Shown piece after piece: positions 49,319 to 61,999 of a DNA stretch of 64,000 nucleotides. Source of the DNA: Tricharina praecox (Eukaryota); the NCBI RefSeq assembly GCF_024521635.1, contig NW_026250433.1:124001-188000 (forward strand), given 5' to 3'. Position numbers and translations under genes: made by a program. Numbering within the stretch: position 1 is the stretch's first letter; each line of letters starts with the position of its first letter. A model generated the notes under the pieces. That model did not search any database. It saw only the letters and a list, made by a program, of their open reading frames with translations, and was not told where the DNA came from.

Positions 49319-51334
49319 GGTTAGAAGGTGTTGTGATGTATTTGGTAGATGTAGTGGTGGTGGGGGCGGTGGCGGAGGTGGAGGTGGTTGGTTGTGAAGT
49401 AGAAGGACAATTAGAGGAAGAGATGTTTTTATTGGGAGAGTGTGTGGGGAAGAGAGGTGGAGGTGTGGTGGAGGACGAGGAGGGTATTTATTAGATCTGA
49501 GATGCGTCGATTGACCGAGTGACTTGGTGGGATGGATGGTTGGATGGGATGGGCGGAGTGAGGTAAGGTCAACGGTGACGGACGACCGTGACGGACGGGG
49601 TTCATCAACACAAAGCTCCGTTCACAGGCTGAGGTAGTTCCTGAAACCCTCCGTTGGAGGCGGCCTCGTGCTGCCGCTGGATGACAGATTGACTGCGATG
49701 AACTACTTTGGAGGGGGTGGGGAAGGGTGCGGACAGGGCAAACCGGCAGGGACAACGTAATTGGTTGGGTCATGATGGAGGGTACCACAGTACGGGGCCC
49801 GCGGCGGTACGTGAAGTACCCGTGCTCTGCGTTTGGGGGAATTGGGGGGATGTGGGGAGGAAGGGGAAGCACAGGAGGAGGAGGAGGCTGGCGGACGGCA
49901 TGACGTATAGGCGGGGGTAGTTCATAGAGCTAAATAGCTGCTAGGACGCTATCGCCAAGCGAAAGAGCTCTCCAACGAGGATGAGCGACCTTCAAGGCCG
50001 AAGACGAAGCTGTGCGATATGGGTATCAAACGGATCGTGGAGGGCTGCTTGGCCGCGAACGTGCAAAAAGCAGTGGCAGTGGGTGGGGAATGCCGGCGCA
50101 CAAAGGTCTTTTGGATGTTCTCTGGCGATTGCCTCGTCCACCCACCCACTCGCATCACGATCACAGCCCACCCCCCTCGAACGAGCTTTTGCCGGTGATC
50201 GCGTCTGATCGATTGGGATGGAGCACACCACCCTCCCACTCCCACACGCCACCACTTGCACCACCGCACACCACCACCCGGTTGTGGACCCATCCTCGCC
50301 TTTACCCCGCTCCACAGCGGTTCGTCTGTGGGACCGTGGAGAGTGTCCCAACAACCCCGAGAGGAAGCAATCGCCCGACGCAAAGTGGAGCAGGCGCCGG
50401 TACGACCGAAACGGAAGTTGCTGGAAGCCGTGGTCCCGGGCACAGATGTAAGTATCGTGCGGAGCCCATCTGGAGGAACCCTTTACCCGAGACGTGGTTC
50501 GGGCACTTCCCAGCCGACAATCCCACCTCAACGAAGTGCCCAGAGCTTTGTCTCGTGAGCACGAGACCTGCCCCCGCGCCCACCCAGCCACTTCTGCAGC
50601 CCGTCAAAGGATGGAGCGGGTATGGGACGTAGCTCTAGGTACTCTAGGTACTCAACCTACATACCGGTACTCTACATGCTCAGAGTAACTCAATTCACCT
50701 CCCCGCAGTTCGACTTGATGCAGCCCGTATCGTAGCGTGGTTTCCCCACACACTTGGCCCAGTTTAAAGAGCTCCAACGTCCAAACACCCATGTCTCACC
50801 GCCGAAGCGAAAAAACAATCGATGTAAAATCGAAGGCAATCGAAGCAAAAAGACCCATATCGGGGAATGTCCCTAATTCCTCCCCTTTGCAGCTAGAGTA
50901 ACCCACATCTAATCTGATTCCGTCAATCTTCCCACAGCGACGTAATCACCCAATCCAAATGCTGAGAAATCCGATAAGCGGCGGGCCGTACTAGCGTGCA
51001 GAGTAGTTCGACAAGGTGGGGCAATCTTTTTTCGTGCTGACCGACCTTTCGTGACTCCGAGGAGCTCTTTTCCTGTCCTGTCCTGTTTGCTCACACGAAA
51101 AAAAAACCCAATTCACAATCTGCTCCTCCGATACCTACACATATCCCACCACATCCAACTCCGATTTGCACGACTTTCCTCAATCTGCGATAATTACGAC
51201 CGCCTGGCTGTCTACATATAATACACCGACACCTCCTCCTCCTGCCCTGCAGCTGATCGCGGATCCACCCACCCACTCACCCACCGACAGACAGACCGAC
51301 ACAAACGCATACCTATACCCACCCACTCGACGAC

Positions 51335-52522
51335 ATGGTCCCACCACCACCGCCGTCCGTCGACACCTCCGCCGACTTCCATCCCTTCGCGACTACTGCC
51401 GCGCCAGCGAAAACCAGCTCCACGCTGATCCTCTGCCCGCCGTCCGTATCCTCGCACCCGACCGTCCTCGAGAGCGCGCTCGCCACCGTCGCCGATCGCG
51501 GTTCCGTCGACGTGCAAATGCTCGACCGCCTTGCCATGAACCTAGTCACGCTGCCGGATGGTATCTACACCACCGTGCTCCTGTTGTCCGATCCTGTGGC
51601 GCCGCAAGAGCGCCTGGAGAAGCCGCTGCTCGAGAAGGTGCTCAAAGCGATGGCGCCCGGCGGGCGGTGGAAGAGCCTTGGCAGGAGCAACGGCGGGAGC
51701 AACGAGACCTGGGTGGCGGCAGCCGACAGGATCGCGTTCCTCACGGCCGGGTTCGTGCTCGAGGACGAGAACGAGGGCGTCGTCGCCGTCAAGCCGGATT
51801 TTGGCGGGATGAAGAGTGTCGCGCTGAATCTGAACTTGAGGAAGCGGGCGACGGGCGCGGCGGCGGTGGTGCAGGTGGCGAAGCCGGTTATGCAGGTGCC
51901 TGTGCCGGTGCAGGTGGAGGTAAAGTCGAATGGTGTGGGCTTCGTGGACTTCTCCGACGATCTGGATGATGATGAGCTCATCGACGAGGACGAGTTGATG
52001 GCGGACGAGGACTTGGCGACGCCGGTGCAGATCCGTGAGTTATACCGTGTACCGAGGCATTGCGCTGGCGTGGTGTCGACGGGTTGGTTGGTTAGTTGCT
52101 GACTAGTGTATCTACATCTAGCTGCGGAGTGCCGGCCAAAGCCTGGAAAGCGCCGGAGAGCGTGCAAAGACTGTACTTGCGGCTTGAAGGAGCAGATAGA
52201 ACAGGAGGATCAGGAGAAGCGCAGTACTGCGGATCTGGCGCTGGCGGCCGCGAAGGAAAAGGCTGCGAAGGGCGTTAAGCTCACTGCTGATGATTTGGCC
52301 GAGATCGATTTTACCGTCGAGGGAAAGGCGAGCTCGTGCGGTAATTGCTATTTGGGCGACGCTTTTAGGTATGATCATCTCTCGTGGATCGTGGATCGTG
52401 GTGAGATGGTGAGAGACCGTGCTGACTGATAGACTAGGTGCTCCGGTTGTCCGTATGTCGGCTTGCCCGCTTTCAAGCCTGGCGAGCAGGTGCAGATCGA
52501 TATGATGGATGATCAGCTGTGA
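51335..52522 (+). CDS. DRE2: Fe-S cluster assembly protein Dre2/anamorsin; exons 51335-52034, 52122-52368, 52438-52522
   Basis: [16 protein letters not shown]; Fe-S motifs [19 protein letters not shown] and [31 protein letters not shown]. Confidence 0.96.
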
Positions 52523-54062
52523 ACTACCTACAATCGCGACTGGGTTTGCATAAAAGTGTTCTTGTGGTGGATTGATGATGAACTGATGGTACCTATCAGT
52601 AGAGGGGAGGGGAGTCATTTGTGTTTTGTTTTTTGTTTTTTGCCATAGTCATACCTATCGGACTATGGGGGGTTTTTCAGGTGCATCGGTGGGAATAGAC
52701 AAATCTGTTATATCTACTTGCTTTACCATACATACCGTACTCTGGCGAAGGGAAGGGAAGATGAACGATTGGCGAAATAGGTATGTAGCCAGGCAGGTGG
52801 TGCATGCGCTGGGATAGCATTCAGGTACCCTCATTGTTTGCTTCGTCGCCAACCCGGACACGGACACGGTCACGGTCGTTCAGTGCCATTTGTTCTTTTG
52901 CATTTCGACTGTTCTTACTGGTCCTGACTTCCTCGATAATACTGACAAGGAACTTGACGATGGACATGTCGATGGGCACGTCTTGAGTGGGAGGCTTTGT
53001 GTTTTTGTATGTATATAATCATTCTCGTATACCGCCTATGTAATACTACGCTTTTCCATTCTCCCCCTTTTCTTGCCCACATCTTGTCCATCTTGTCCAC
53101 ATCTTACGTGGGGGGGGCAAACTCTCCGCCCCGTGAACGAACCCAACAGCACGAGTGAGCGCCTGTGAATCGGGCGGCCGAGTGAGCGATGACCTGGCCT
53201 GACCGAGCTCCATCAAATTTCATCGACTTCCATCACTTCCATCAGCTGGAACAGTTGGAGCGGCACGGGCTAGGTGGAATCGTGCTGGTGCGTGCTTTCT
53301 GGAAGCTACAGACGAGGTGGACCCTTCACATGGCATACAGCCTGCTAGGCAGTGGGAGGCAGGGCCAGATCCCGAAATCGTCCCGAATCGCCGGTCTAAG
53401 TTTGTATACTATGGTAGACTGGTAGATGGTTCTTCGAGACTTCGAGGCTCCATCCGAGGAAGGAACGAAGTGCTGCTACATATCCGAGAATCGATGTGTC
53501 CTCGTGTCCTCTAGCGCCGCCGCCAAACACACAGTAGGCACCCGTCGGTATGTATCCGCCGCCTGCGCCTCCGCCTCCGCCACCGCCACCGCCAGCACCG
53601 CCGCCGCCGCTGGTGCGGGCCCGTCCTAGATACAGAGGTGCGCTATTCGCATGCGTTCTCCTCGCCGAGCTTAGAACCACCGCACCCACCGCACCACCTG
53701 TGATGCGACCTACCTACTTCAGGCAGAAGGAGGGAAGGAACGAACAGCTGTCCTCCCGCCTCCTCGACCGACCAGCCACGGGAAACAAACCAGGTAAAGT
53801 ACCGAGGGTTTTGCTTACATACAGAAGGTGTTCGGACCAAACACGAGGGATGGTGCGCTGCGGTGAGCTAAGGTAGGGGGTGGGTTGGGGGGCAGGAATC
53901 ATGAACGAGAGTAGCATAGCATAGCATACCTAGCATAGAATCCTTAGGTAGACTCACGCTAACACTGACACGTCAGGAGTACGACATGCCTTGAACTTGA
54001 ACTTGAAGGCTGGAGAAGTTGAGTTGTGGATTCCGAGGTAGCATACCAGCTCCATCTTGGTA

Positions 54063-54108
54063 TGTACTCTGCGTATACTCTGCGTGTACTCTGCGTGTAC
54101 TCTGCGTG
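54063..54108. repeat. (TGTACTCTGCG)4 minisatellite
   Basis: Four near-perfect 11-mers. Confidence 0.9.
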
Positions 54109-55069
54109 CGAATTGAGTTTGCCTGCCTGCGTGCGTGCGTGCACTGTGCACTGTCAACCGTTTTACATACACGCCCAAGGAATCGTTCGAAGTGGGGAAA
54201 CGCAGGCGGGGGCGGGGAGAAGCGGAGAGGAGAAGCAGGAGGAGGAGGAGGGGAAGCTGCCCCTCCTCCGTCTGTATGTAGATGGTTGCCGCTGGCTGCC
54301 GCTGGCTATTAGTTGGAATGTTGATGTTGATGTGCAAGTAGGATTGGCTGGCCACAGAAAGACACACAGCCAGCCAGCAGAATCAGATCAGTTGCAGACT
54401 GTTGCAGTTGCAGCCCGAGGATCTACCTCCCTTACTCTCTTACTTCCTTCTCCCTCTCTCTACCCCGCCGGTTTTTTTTCTTTCTCAAAGACGAGGCCTG
54501 TGCTTTTTTTTCTTCCAACTCTCCCCTTCTCTTTTCATGCAATCCTGACCCCTCAGTGTGCGCTCCTGCCCGCTCTCCTCCAGCCTCCTGCAAAGAAAAG
54601 CACTTCTTCACGTAACCTCCCGTCATCATTTGCTCTCTGCTATACTACCCCCTTACGAACTCTTAACTTCGCTTGCCTTGCTTGCTTGGAAACAAGACTC
54701 CTTTTTCAAACGATTTCACTGCTTAGTTAGGTTCCCAGGGAACCCGTCGTGGAAAAAAAGTGCCCCACTTGCCGCCTTGTCGGAGCTACCTGGATCTAGC
54801 TACACCAAGTGCCGTAGAACAGGACAGGGACTGAAGGAAAGCCCCCAGGTGAAATCCCGGCCGGGCCACACATACAACTCCAAGGAAGACAGACGCGCAA
54901 CCTCCGAAGTCCTTCGTTCGGAACAACGTCCACTCGAGACCCGCCCTGCCAACAGCCCCAACCCGCCAGCCCGCCAGCCAGCCCGCAAGCCCGCCCGCCA
55001 CTTCACCACACAACACAACACAGAACCCCCCCAAAGGAAGGAGGAAGGAAAAGAACCCACGACTCCCAC

Positions 55070-57413
55070 ATGGCTGCAACGTCGTTCTTCGCCAGCGGCC
55101 CGCATTCCTCCTCCCTGCCGTCAGCCAACAGCAACAGCAGCAGCAGCCTCATCGCTTCAGCCGCTGCCATGGCCTTCGACCACCAGCGCATGCCGCCAGC
55201 TCCCGCAAAAGAGATGACTCCGCTTACCGCCGCTTCGTCTCCCGCTTCCAAGAAGGTCAGGCTATCGGCTACCGCTGCTCTTGCTCCTTCGGTGGAGGCG
55301 ACGGCGGCGGTGGCGGGCCCGGCTCGCTCCCACCAGCTTCCGATCACCCCTGGCGATGTTCAGATGGGCGGTTGTGTCGGCGACAAAGGGATCCAGACGA
55401 CTCCGGCCGCCGTACTAGCGGCCGAGAGCTGCATTTCGCCGTCTTCCGCGGCGAAGACTTCTCCAGGTGCGCGCCCTTTGCCCCGTGCCCCCCTCCTTCT
55501 CCCCCTGCTTCGCTGTGCGCGATGTGTCAACTGCTACGCGTTCGGGGAAAGCCTGGGTGCTGACTCAAGCTTCAAGACGCCACGCAACGCCTGCAATCCA
55601 TTAGGACTACCATCTCGGAACAGTTCGACATTGAGATCCTCCTCAAGCATCGCGAACTTGGCAGCATCGAGAAGGAGATTGCAAAGACTCAGGTGGCCAT
55701 GGAACAGCTTAGGCGATGCTCCCTGATACCCTACGCCGACAGCACCGAGGCTCAACTACACGCCCAGCTCAATTACAAACCCCCCTCTCACAACCCCCAC
55801 CACATCCCCGATTACGCGCCGGCACCCGATGGTGTCGTTGACGGCCCGTATACCAGACACTACCGTCAGTGGTTGATCGCGCACCAGAGATTCGATGGCC
55901 CCACCGCGCCGACGTACGTGGCGCCTCCACCCACCCCCGGACTTGAACTGTTCCAGAGTCTGGCCGACAGCGGAAGACCACAGAGGCAGAGCGCCTTGAA
56001 GGCGCAGACAAAGAGCGGAGTGCAGGTGTGCTTGTACCGGAAGAGGGATGGTACATTGGTTAGGTATGTGGCTCCTGAATGCTCGTTCCGTACAGTCCAG
56101 CTCATGTCATATTTTCCAGGTTGGAATGCGGTACCTGTCACCGGAGCAACTTTTCATCCGCGCAGGGGTTCATCAACCATTGCCGTATCGCACACCAGAC
56201 GGAGTACGCTTCGCACGATGCCGCTGCTGATGCCTGTGGCAAGGAGGTCGACGAGGAGGAACAGGCGTCGCTCATATCTCCCATGCTCCGAACGGCTATC
56301 GACGGCCCCGCAAGAAACACGCGCCAAACCCAACAGCAGTTTTCCCCCGCTATGCCCACCCCTCAGAGCTCGTACCACTCCAGGTCCGCCTCGTTCTCCC
56401 AAACTCCGGTCAACACCAAGCCACCGACACCAACGACCAGCACACAACGCAAGGGTGGTCGCAGGGCGGCCATGACGGTGAACACCCCTAAGACTCCGGC
56501 ACCACAACACCGGGGTAGCATTTCCGGCTCGGCTACATCGCCGATAGACTTTAGTACCACCAATTTAGAGAGCCATCTCAAGAGAAAGCGGCCCGACCTG
56601 AATGTCGAAGGGCTGCTGAAGGAGGTTACCGAAAAGGTTGAGTGGGTTCACGACCGCTCCCGTTCGCCTAGCTTGGACTTTGAATCGGAAGAAGACATCT
56701 CGCCTATGGGTCCCATGTTCAGATCGAGAGCATTGCCTGCACCTCTGCCGACTCAGCAACACACCCCCGCGACTTCAATGCCCCCAACCCCCACCTCCCA
56801 GGAGTCGTCGATGGACTATAGACGTTCGCTGTCCGGATCATCGCCGCTTCCGTCTCGGGGCGAGTCTTCGAACTCCAAGCCTCAGCGTATTTCTGCCGAC
56901 GGCGATGTCGAGATGGACGACTTCGACGCTTCTAGTGACGACGACGATGGTGGATACCGTTCCGATGGCGCCCAAGGAAATGACGATGACCTCTACTCTG
57001 TTACCCACCGAAGGCCCATGCAGGGGGATTCCATGGAATTCCGGAGTGTTGATTCCCCCACGTTCGGGCCGATGCTTGGCAACGGTGGAATCTACTCTCA
57101 GTTCCTGCAGCAGCACTCGCAGGGAAACGCATCACCTATGTCCGGTTTCATCGGAGGAACTGCTCTCCTGAACGGCGGTGGTATCCCACCAGCTGCTCCA
57201 CCTCCCCCTGCAGTCACCATCAACCCCGCCGTGCTCATGAGGAACACGGATCACCCGTCGCCTTCGCCGGCGGTGATGAACATGGCGCAGATCACGGCGG
57301 CGCTTCTCGACGGAGCCGCATCGATGGAGCCCGAAGTTCCGAAGCACGTTAGATTCGCCATGCCGGGAATTGGAGGCGACTTTAGGCAGGAGGGCCTCAA
57401 TGGTTCGGTTTAG
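55070..57413 (+). CDS. AHC1: ADA HAT complex component Ahc1-like protein (coiled coil + C2H2 zinc finger); exons 55070-55466, 55577-56063, 56120-57413
   Basis: ISEQFDIEILLKHRELGSIEKEIAKTQVAMEQLRRC; GPYTRHYRQWLI; CLYRKRDGTLVRLECGTCHRSNFSSAQGFINHCRIAH. Confidence 0.8.
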
Positions 57414-58361
57414 ACGGGTTTTACGCTTCTTCTTCTTCTTCTTCTTCTTCTTTCTTTCTTTCTTTCTTTCTTCCTTAGCTTTCAATTTCGGTGCTTTTTC
57501 CTTTAATCGTTTTCTTGTAAATCTTTTAACATTTTCTTGCGAGTGGGTGGTGCTACTGCTGCTGCTGCTGTCGTGAGGCTGGGTGACGAAGGGAGAGGAG
57601 AGGAAGGAGGAGAGGGTCAGGCTTTTTGTCATGAAATGTTTTTTTGTAACCCCTCCTCCTGCTCCTCCTCCTCCTCCTCCTCCTGGGATTTTGCTGGATT
57701 CCTCCCCCTGTTTCGGTTGTTTTTTTTTTTGTTTTTTTTTTGCAGCGTGATTGGTTGGTTGAACTGGTTGGCTTTTTCTACTTTGCAAGCGGGTTGGGTT
57801 GGAATTGGGCTGGTTTTTTTTTTGGGGGGGGGGGGACTGAATTGAAATGAGATGAGATGAGGGTCTGGGTCTGGGGGTTGTTTTTTTATGTTCTTTTTGT
57901 GGTCTTTTGTGTTCTTTTGTCTTGTAGATGGGATGGGGGTGGGAAGGGAAGGGGAGGGAAGATTTTATGTTTGTTCGGTCGATACCTACACTGTGGCTGG
58001 GGACTCTGTGGACTCGGGACTCGGGGGGACTCGGGAGGAATTGGCAGTGGAGAGTGGATGTGATGTGGATGGGGACGGGGACTGGGATGGGGACTGGGAT
58101 GGGGACGTGGATGGGGACAGGTGTGGGCGTGGGCGTGGGCGTGGATGGGGGGGATGGCTGTGGACATGGCTATAATCTAGATACTCCAAAATTCGAGACG
58201 CTGGACATTACGGTATCGATGTCAATCGGTGTCAATTGAGGCTTCGGCAATCATGAATTATCACGGCCAGGACTCCCGGTTTACATAGGTAGCTCCAATG
58301 CTCCATAGACAGCCTACATAGTGTAGGTAGGTGCTCATCCGCCTCGGGCGCGCTGTGCTGC

Positions 58362-60113
58362 TTTTTGTTTTTTGTTTAATCAGTGATTGCTTGCGACCTA
58401 AGTAGATCATGGCAATATATGTACACACTCCGTTTCCCCGCCACTGTCCGACCCGACTTTCATCGAGTGGCCCGATGTGGCTTTCCCTGCCCTCGCCTTG
58501 GCCTGTCCTAGCAATGTATGAGCGCACCAAGGAGATGAAACTAAGAAAAACCAAATTCCAATTCCTCGACTCGTCCCTACCTCACCGCAGGTCCTTAGTC
58601 GTCGCCGCTTCCTGCCTCTTCCGAAAAGGATGCCATGAAGGAAGGTGTGGGGAGGAACAGCGGGCCGGAGCCCGGCTCCTCAGCCTCAGCACCCTCCTCC
58701 TCCTCCTCTCGTCTCAGTTACGCCTCCCTTTCTTCCCGCTCCCTGAGCTCCCACTCGGAGACCTCGCTCTCTGTATCTTCCTCAGCGGCCGCCGGCATCC
58801 GTCTGCCCACATCGGTGGTGGAGAGGAATTCGAGAATCGCCTTGCTGCATCGCTCATCTGCGAAGAGGTCTCGGATCTTGAATCGATCTTTGCCCCTCCT
58901 GGTGTACTTCCGGACCTGTGCCCACAGAATCTTCTGCTGGCTTTTCCATTCTGGGCAGTTCTTAAAGACGTGCTCCCGTGTCTGAGTCTTGTATAGGCAC
59001 CACCCGCATCGGGCGCTTGGTTGGCTTGTCGTCCATTGGAGATACTGGCCAGTAAGGCAGTGTCCTGTCTTGAGCTGGTAGAGCCTGGAGGCCAGGCGCT
59101 TGGGGGCGGCGGCTGGGAGCTCGTCTGGTCTCTGGCCTGACTTTCTGCTGAACCTGTACTTTCTGTGGGTGATACGTGCGTCGGCCCATTCCTTCGCTTC
59201 CTTCCACTTGGTTTCCGTGATGCCTCGTCGCAGGTAGGCAAGCGATGCCGGTGGTGGCTGGCTCGCGCCATATCGGTACGTGTGGCGGGTGACTTCCACT
59301 CCGCGCGCGGTCGGCTCGTCGGCTGCTAGTTTGGCCCATTCGTCGGCCTGTTCGTTCCCAGGGACGCCTTTGTGTGCCGGACACCACCTGATTTCGATGG
59401 TGATTCCTGGCTCTCTTCGGCGGATTGTGGCGAGATGCTTTCGTGCCTCGATGGCGTACTTCTGGCCGGGGCCAGGGTTGTCATGGGCCATCCTTCTGAT
59501 GGCTGCTTGTGCGTCCATGTAGATAGTGACTCTGCTAAGTGTGTGCCGCCTATCGGCGGCTACCTTCAATGTCCGGGCAATCGCGGCACATTCGGCATCG
59601 TAGGCCTCCTGCTGGCGGCCCATATGCACCTTGTGCCCCTTCCATCCCGTGCCGTGGCGCCAGGCGACTGCGTAGCCGGCAGCCTTGGAGTTCGTCCTCG
59701 ATCCATCCGTATACATCGTGAGTCCCGGGGGTTGTGGGCCTGCCGCATGTGCATGGGCGAGTTTCTCGTCCTCCATGATGATGGTGCAGTCTAATGCTTC
59801 AGCTTCGTCCAGTAGCACTGGGCGTGCTGTGCTGCCTTCATGTAACTCCATAATTGGCCGCGAACATTGAACGACGAGTGATAGTAAGTGAATACCAAAA
59901 TACATCACACGAGTCATGTAAAACCCGACTTGCTACGACAGCTAGCTCATCCACGGCGGCCGTCACCTCCTTCCACATACCTAGATCGAGTGAGGAGGTG
60001 ATCGACATCGCGCCAGCGCTCAATCCTTCAAAACAACGGAATTGAGCACATACATACTCAGAACAGGGAGATCTGTAGAGTAAACCAAATCCCACCTGGG
60101 GAACCAACAAGTA
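58362..60113 (-). mobile_element. 5'-truncated non-LTR retrotransposon (RNase H-bearing, Tad1/I-group-like) capped by non-coding module X (60113-59829)
   Basis: RNase H and CCHC of LINE ORF2, 3' UTR, and an A-rich tail on the minus strand (T-runs at 58362-58377). No RT or endonuclease sequence is present. Confidence 0.88.
58718..59917 (-). CDS. LINE-derived RNase H + CCHC zinc-finger ORF (399 aa; first ~28 codons come from module X)
   Basis: YTDGS, AYDAE, IYMDAQAAI, RWCPAHKGVPGNEQADEWAK; YQLKTGHC..CGWC..TREHVFKNC; no stops or frameshifts. Confidence 0.7.
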   Translation of the reverse strand: MTRVMYFGIHLLSLVVQCSRPIMELHEGSTARPVLLDEAEALDCTIIMEDEKLAHAHAAGPQPPGLTMYTDGSRTNSKAAGYAVAWRHGTGWKGHKVHMGRQQEAYDAECAAIARTLKVAADRRHTLSRVTIYMDAQAAIRRMAHDNPGPGQKYAIEARKHLATIRRREPGITIEIRWCPAHKGVPGNEQADEWAKLAADEPTARGVEVTRHTYRYGASQPPPASLAYLRRGITETKWKEAKEWADARITHRKYRFSRKSGQRPDELPAAAPKRLASRLYQLKTGHCLTGQYLQWTTSQPSARCGWCLYKTQTREHVFKNCPEWKSQQKILWAQVRKYTRRGKDRFKIRDLFADERCSKAILEFLSTTDVGRRMPAAAEEDTESEVSEWELREREEREA

Positions 60114-60393
60114 CATGCCTACGGTAGGTAGGTCTCCATCGGGTAGGCTTATTTCCGTTCCCTCGGCTTTGACCCACCCAGCGGAGGCCGCTTCCTCTTC
60201 TCTTCCTCACCCCATCCCATCCCATCCTGTCCTCACCTTCGAAGCACCGCACCGCAATCATACCTCCCTCCCACCCGGAGATCAGGACTTCCGATGGACT
60301 TAACCTGAGCCGATTCGAGCCCGTTCGGGATGTGTTTCCCCCCTCGATAGTTGTCGGCCCGTGTTGCAACCTGGCGGATTTGGAGGGAGGGAG

Positions 60394-60394
<1 letters not shown>

Positions 60395-60437
<43 letters not shown>
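60395..60437. repeat. (CA)n microsatellite
   Basis: About 21 perfect CA units. Confidence 0.95.
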
Positions 60438-60440
<3 letters not shown>

Positions 60441-61999
60441 CAACTGTTTACATCTTGCCATTCAACCTAGAGACCCGAGCCCGAGGCCGAGCCCCCGGGT
60501 TGGAAAGTTGGAAGGTTGGAACTTTACGCTCCGGGATGGCTCTTCCGCGGCGAGCTCACGAAGCAGCAGCGCTTGCAATCAATGTAGGAGTTCTACCTGT
60601 TGTCGTGCCATTCAAGCAAGCAAGCAAGTATCGAAGAGCCCTGTGTTCGCCGTTCGGAGATGTACTATAGTCTATAGATATCCTCACGTGTCATCACTCG
60701 TGTGCCGTCCACTCATGACATTTTTTCTTCTTTCAAACGGGAATTCTCCCTTGCGACTTCACGGGTTGATTGTTATTCACATTCTAGACGGATAATGTCG
60801 CGCAGATATTCCATCCAAGGGGTGAGCGCTGACGTCGGACGCCTCGGACGCCCCCCCCGTGAGCTTTCCTTGATCCTCACATCAACCAGCAACTAGAAAC
60901 ATACCCGACACATACATTACTACCCGACGATCCGTCACGCGCAATACTTTACCCCACGCGGGCATTCAGGACAATTATCATCGTTGCAGATGCCTCCTTA
61001 GGTAGCCTGGGCCGTCAACGCCAGCTGACAGCGATTCGAGCTTCCTCCGTGACCCCCGCATGCCCGGGTGAGGATGGTGACGCTTCATACTCTTTTTACA
61101 GTCTCAGCTGATCAAGAAGCGGCGTTGGAAAATGCCGAGAAGATCCAGGAGCTGAGATCTCAGCTCCCGATGCTGGCCGGGTGTGGGCAGTGACTCGTGA
61201 GCAGTGAGCACAAACGAAACGAAAAGAAACGAGTGCTGTCGAGCCGACGCTTCCTCACGGACGTACTCCAACGACTCTAACTAACTAAACTACTGATGAC
61301 ACCAGCTGCAAACGGGCGGAGGGTTTCACTGGCGACGGAGCAGGAGCGGGAGTAGGACAGTGATTTCCTCCCCCCCCCCCCCTCTCCCCCCTCCCCGTCC
61401 AGGTGCCATATGGGTCAGTCACGAGGTGTCAAGTTACCTACCGAAGGGGTTTCGTTTACTCCAGCTTCTGTCCTTCGGCACCAGTTGCCGCTTGGCTCGC
61501 AGGACACGGGCCATACACAAGCGGTCGAACTGTGGTGGGCGAAGGCGGTATATCGCTGTGGCAAGCCGAGTGAGGGCTGGGGAGTCAGAGCTTGTCGGAG
61601 CCGAGGCAGCGGCGTTAGCAGGACGATGAGCGATGCAGTGCTGCGGCTCTGATTGCTCGATCGGGATCTACGCGATGGGGAGGCAGTACTCGAGTGGCTG
61701 CTCAGGTACATAGAGCTGAGGGAGCTGGGGGACGGAGACGGTCGCGGATGGAGGTGAGCTGCCTATGAGGCATCCATCCAACAGTGCAAAGTGGCGGCAG
61801 CGGAGACAGAGGCGGAGCGGGACGGCGCTGGTTCAAAGCATGAATACCGTATCCAATCTGGTGTTTCACGGAATATCACATCGCAATAAGAGAATTAAAA
61901 AGCTCGATGCTGAGCCTGATGCTACAACAGTATGTAATACCGGTAGGTATTCCAAAGCAACGTACATCATACATACATACACACATACATACCATGAAC

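Noticed and set aside
1543..52522. Apparent clustering of mitochondrial and Fe-S genes (COQ2, complex I subunit, GRX5, STF2-like, DRE2)
   Set aside because: They are spread over 50 kb among unrelated housekeeping genes, with no shared regulatory signal seen.
58312..60145. GCCTAC..GTAGGTAGGT..CATC on both sides of the LINE chimera as a possible target-site duplication
   Set aside because: The left copy is ~20 bp from the tail and imperfect, and GTAGGTAG is common in this window.
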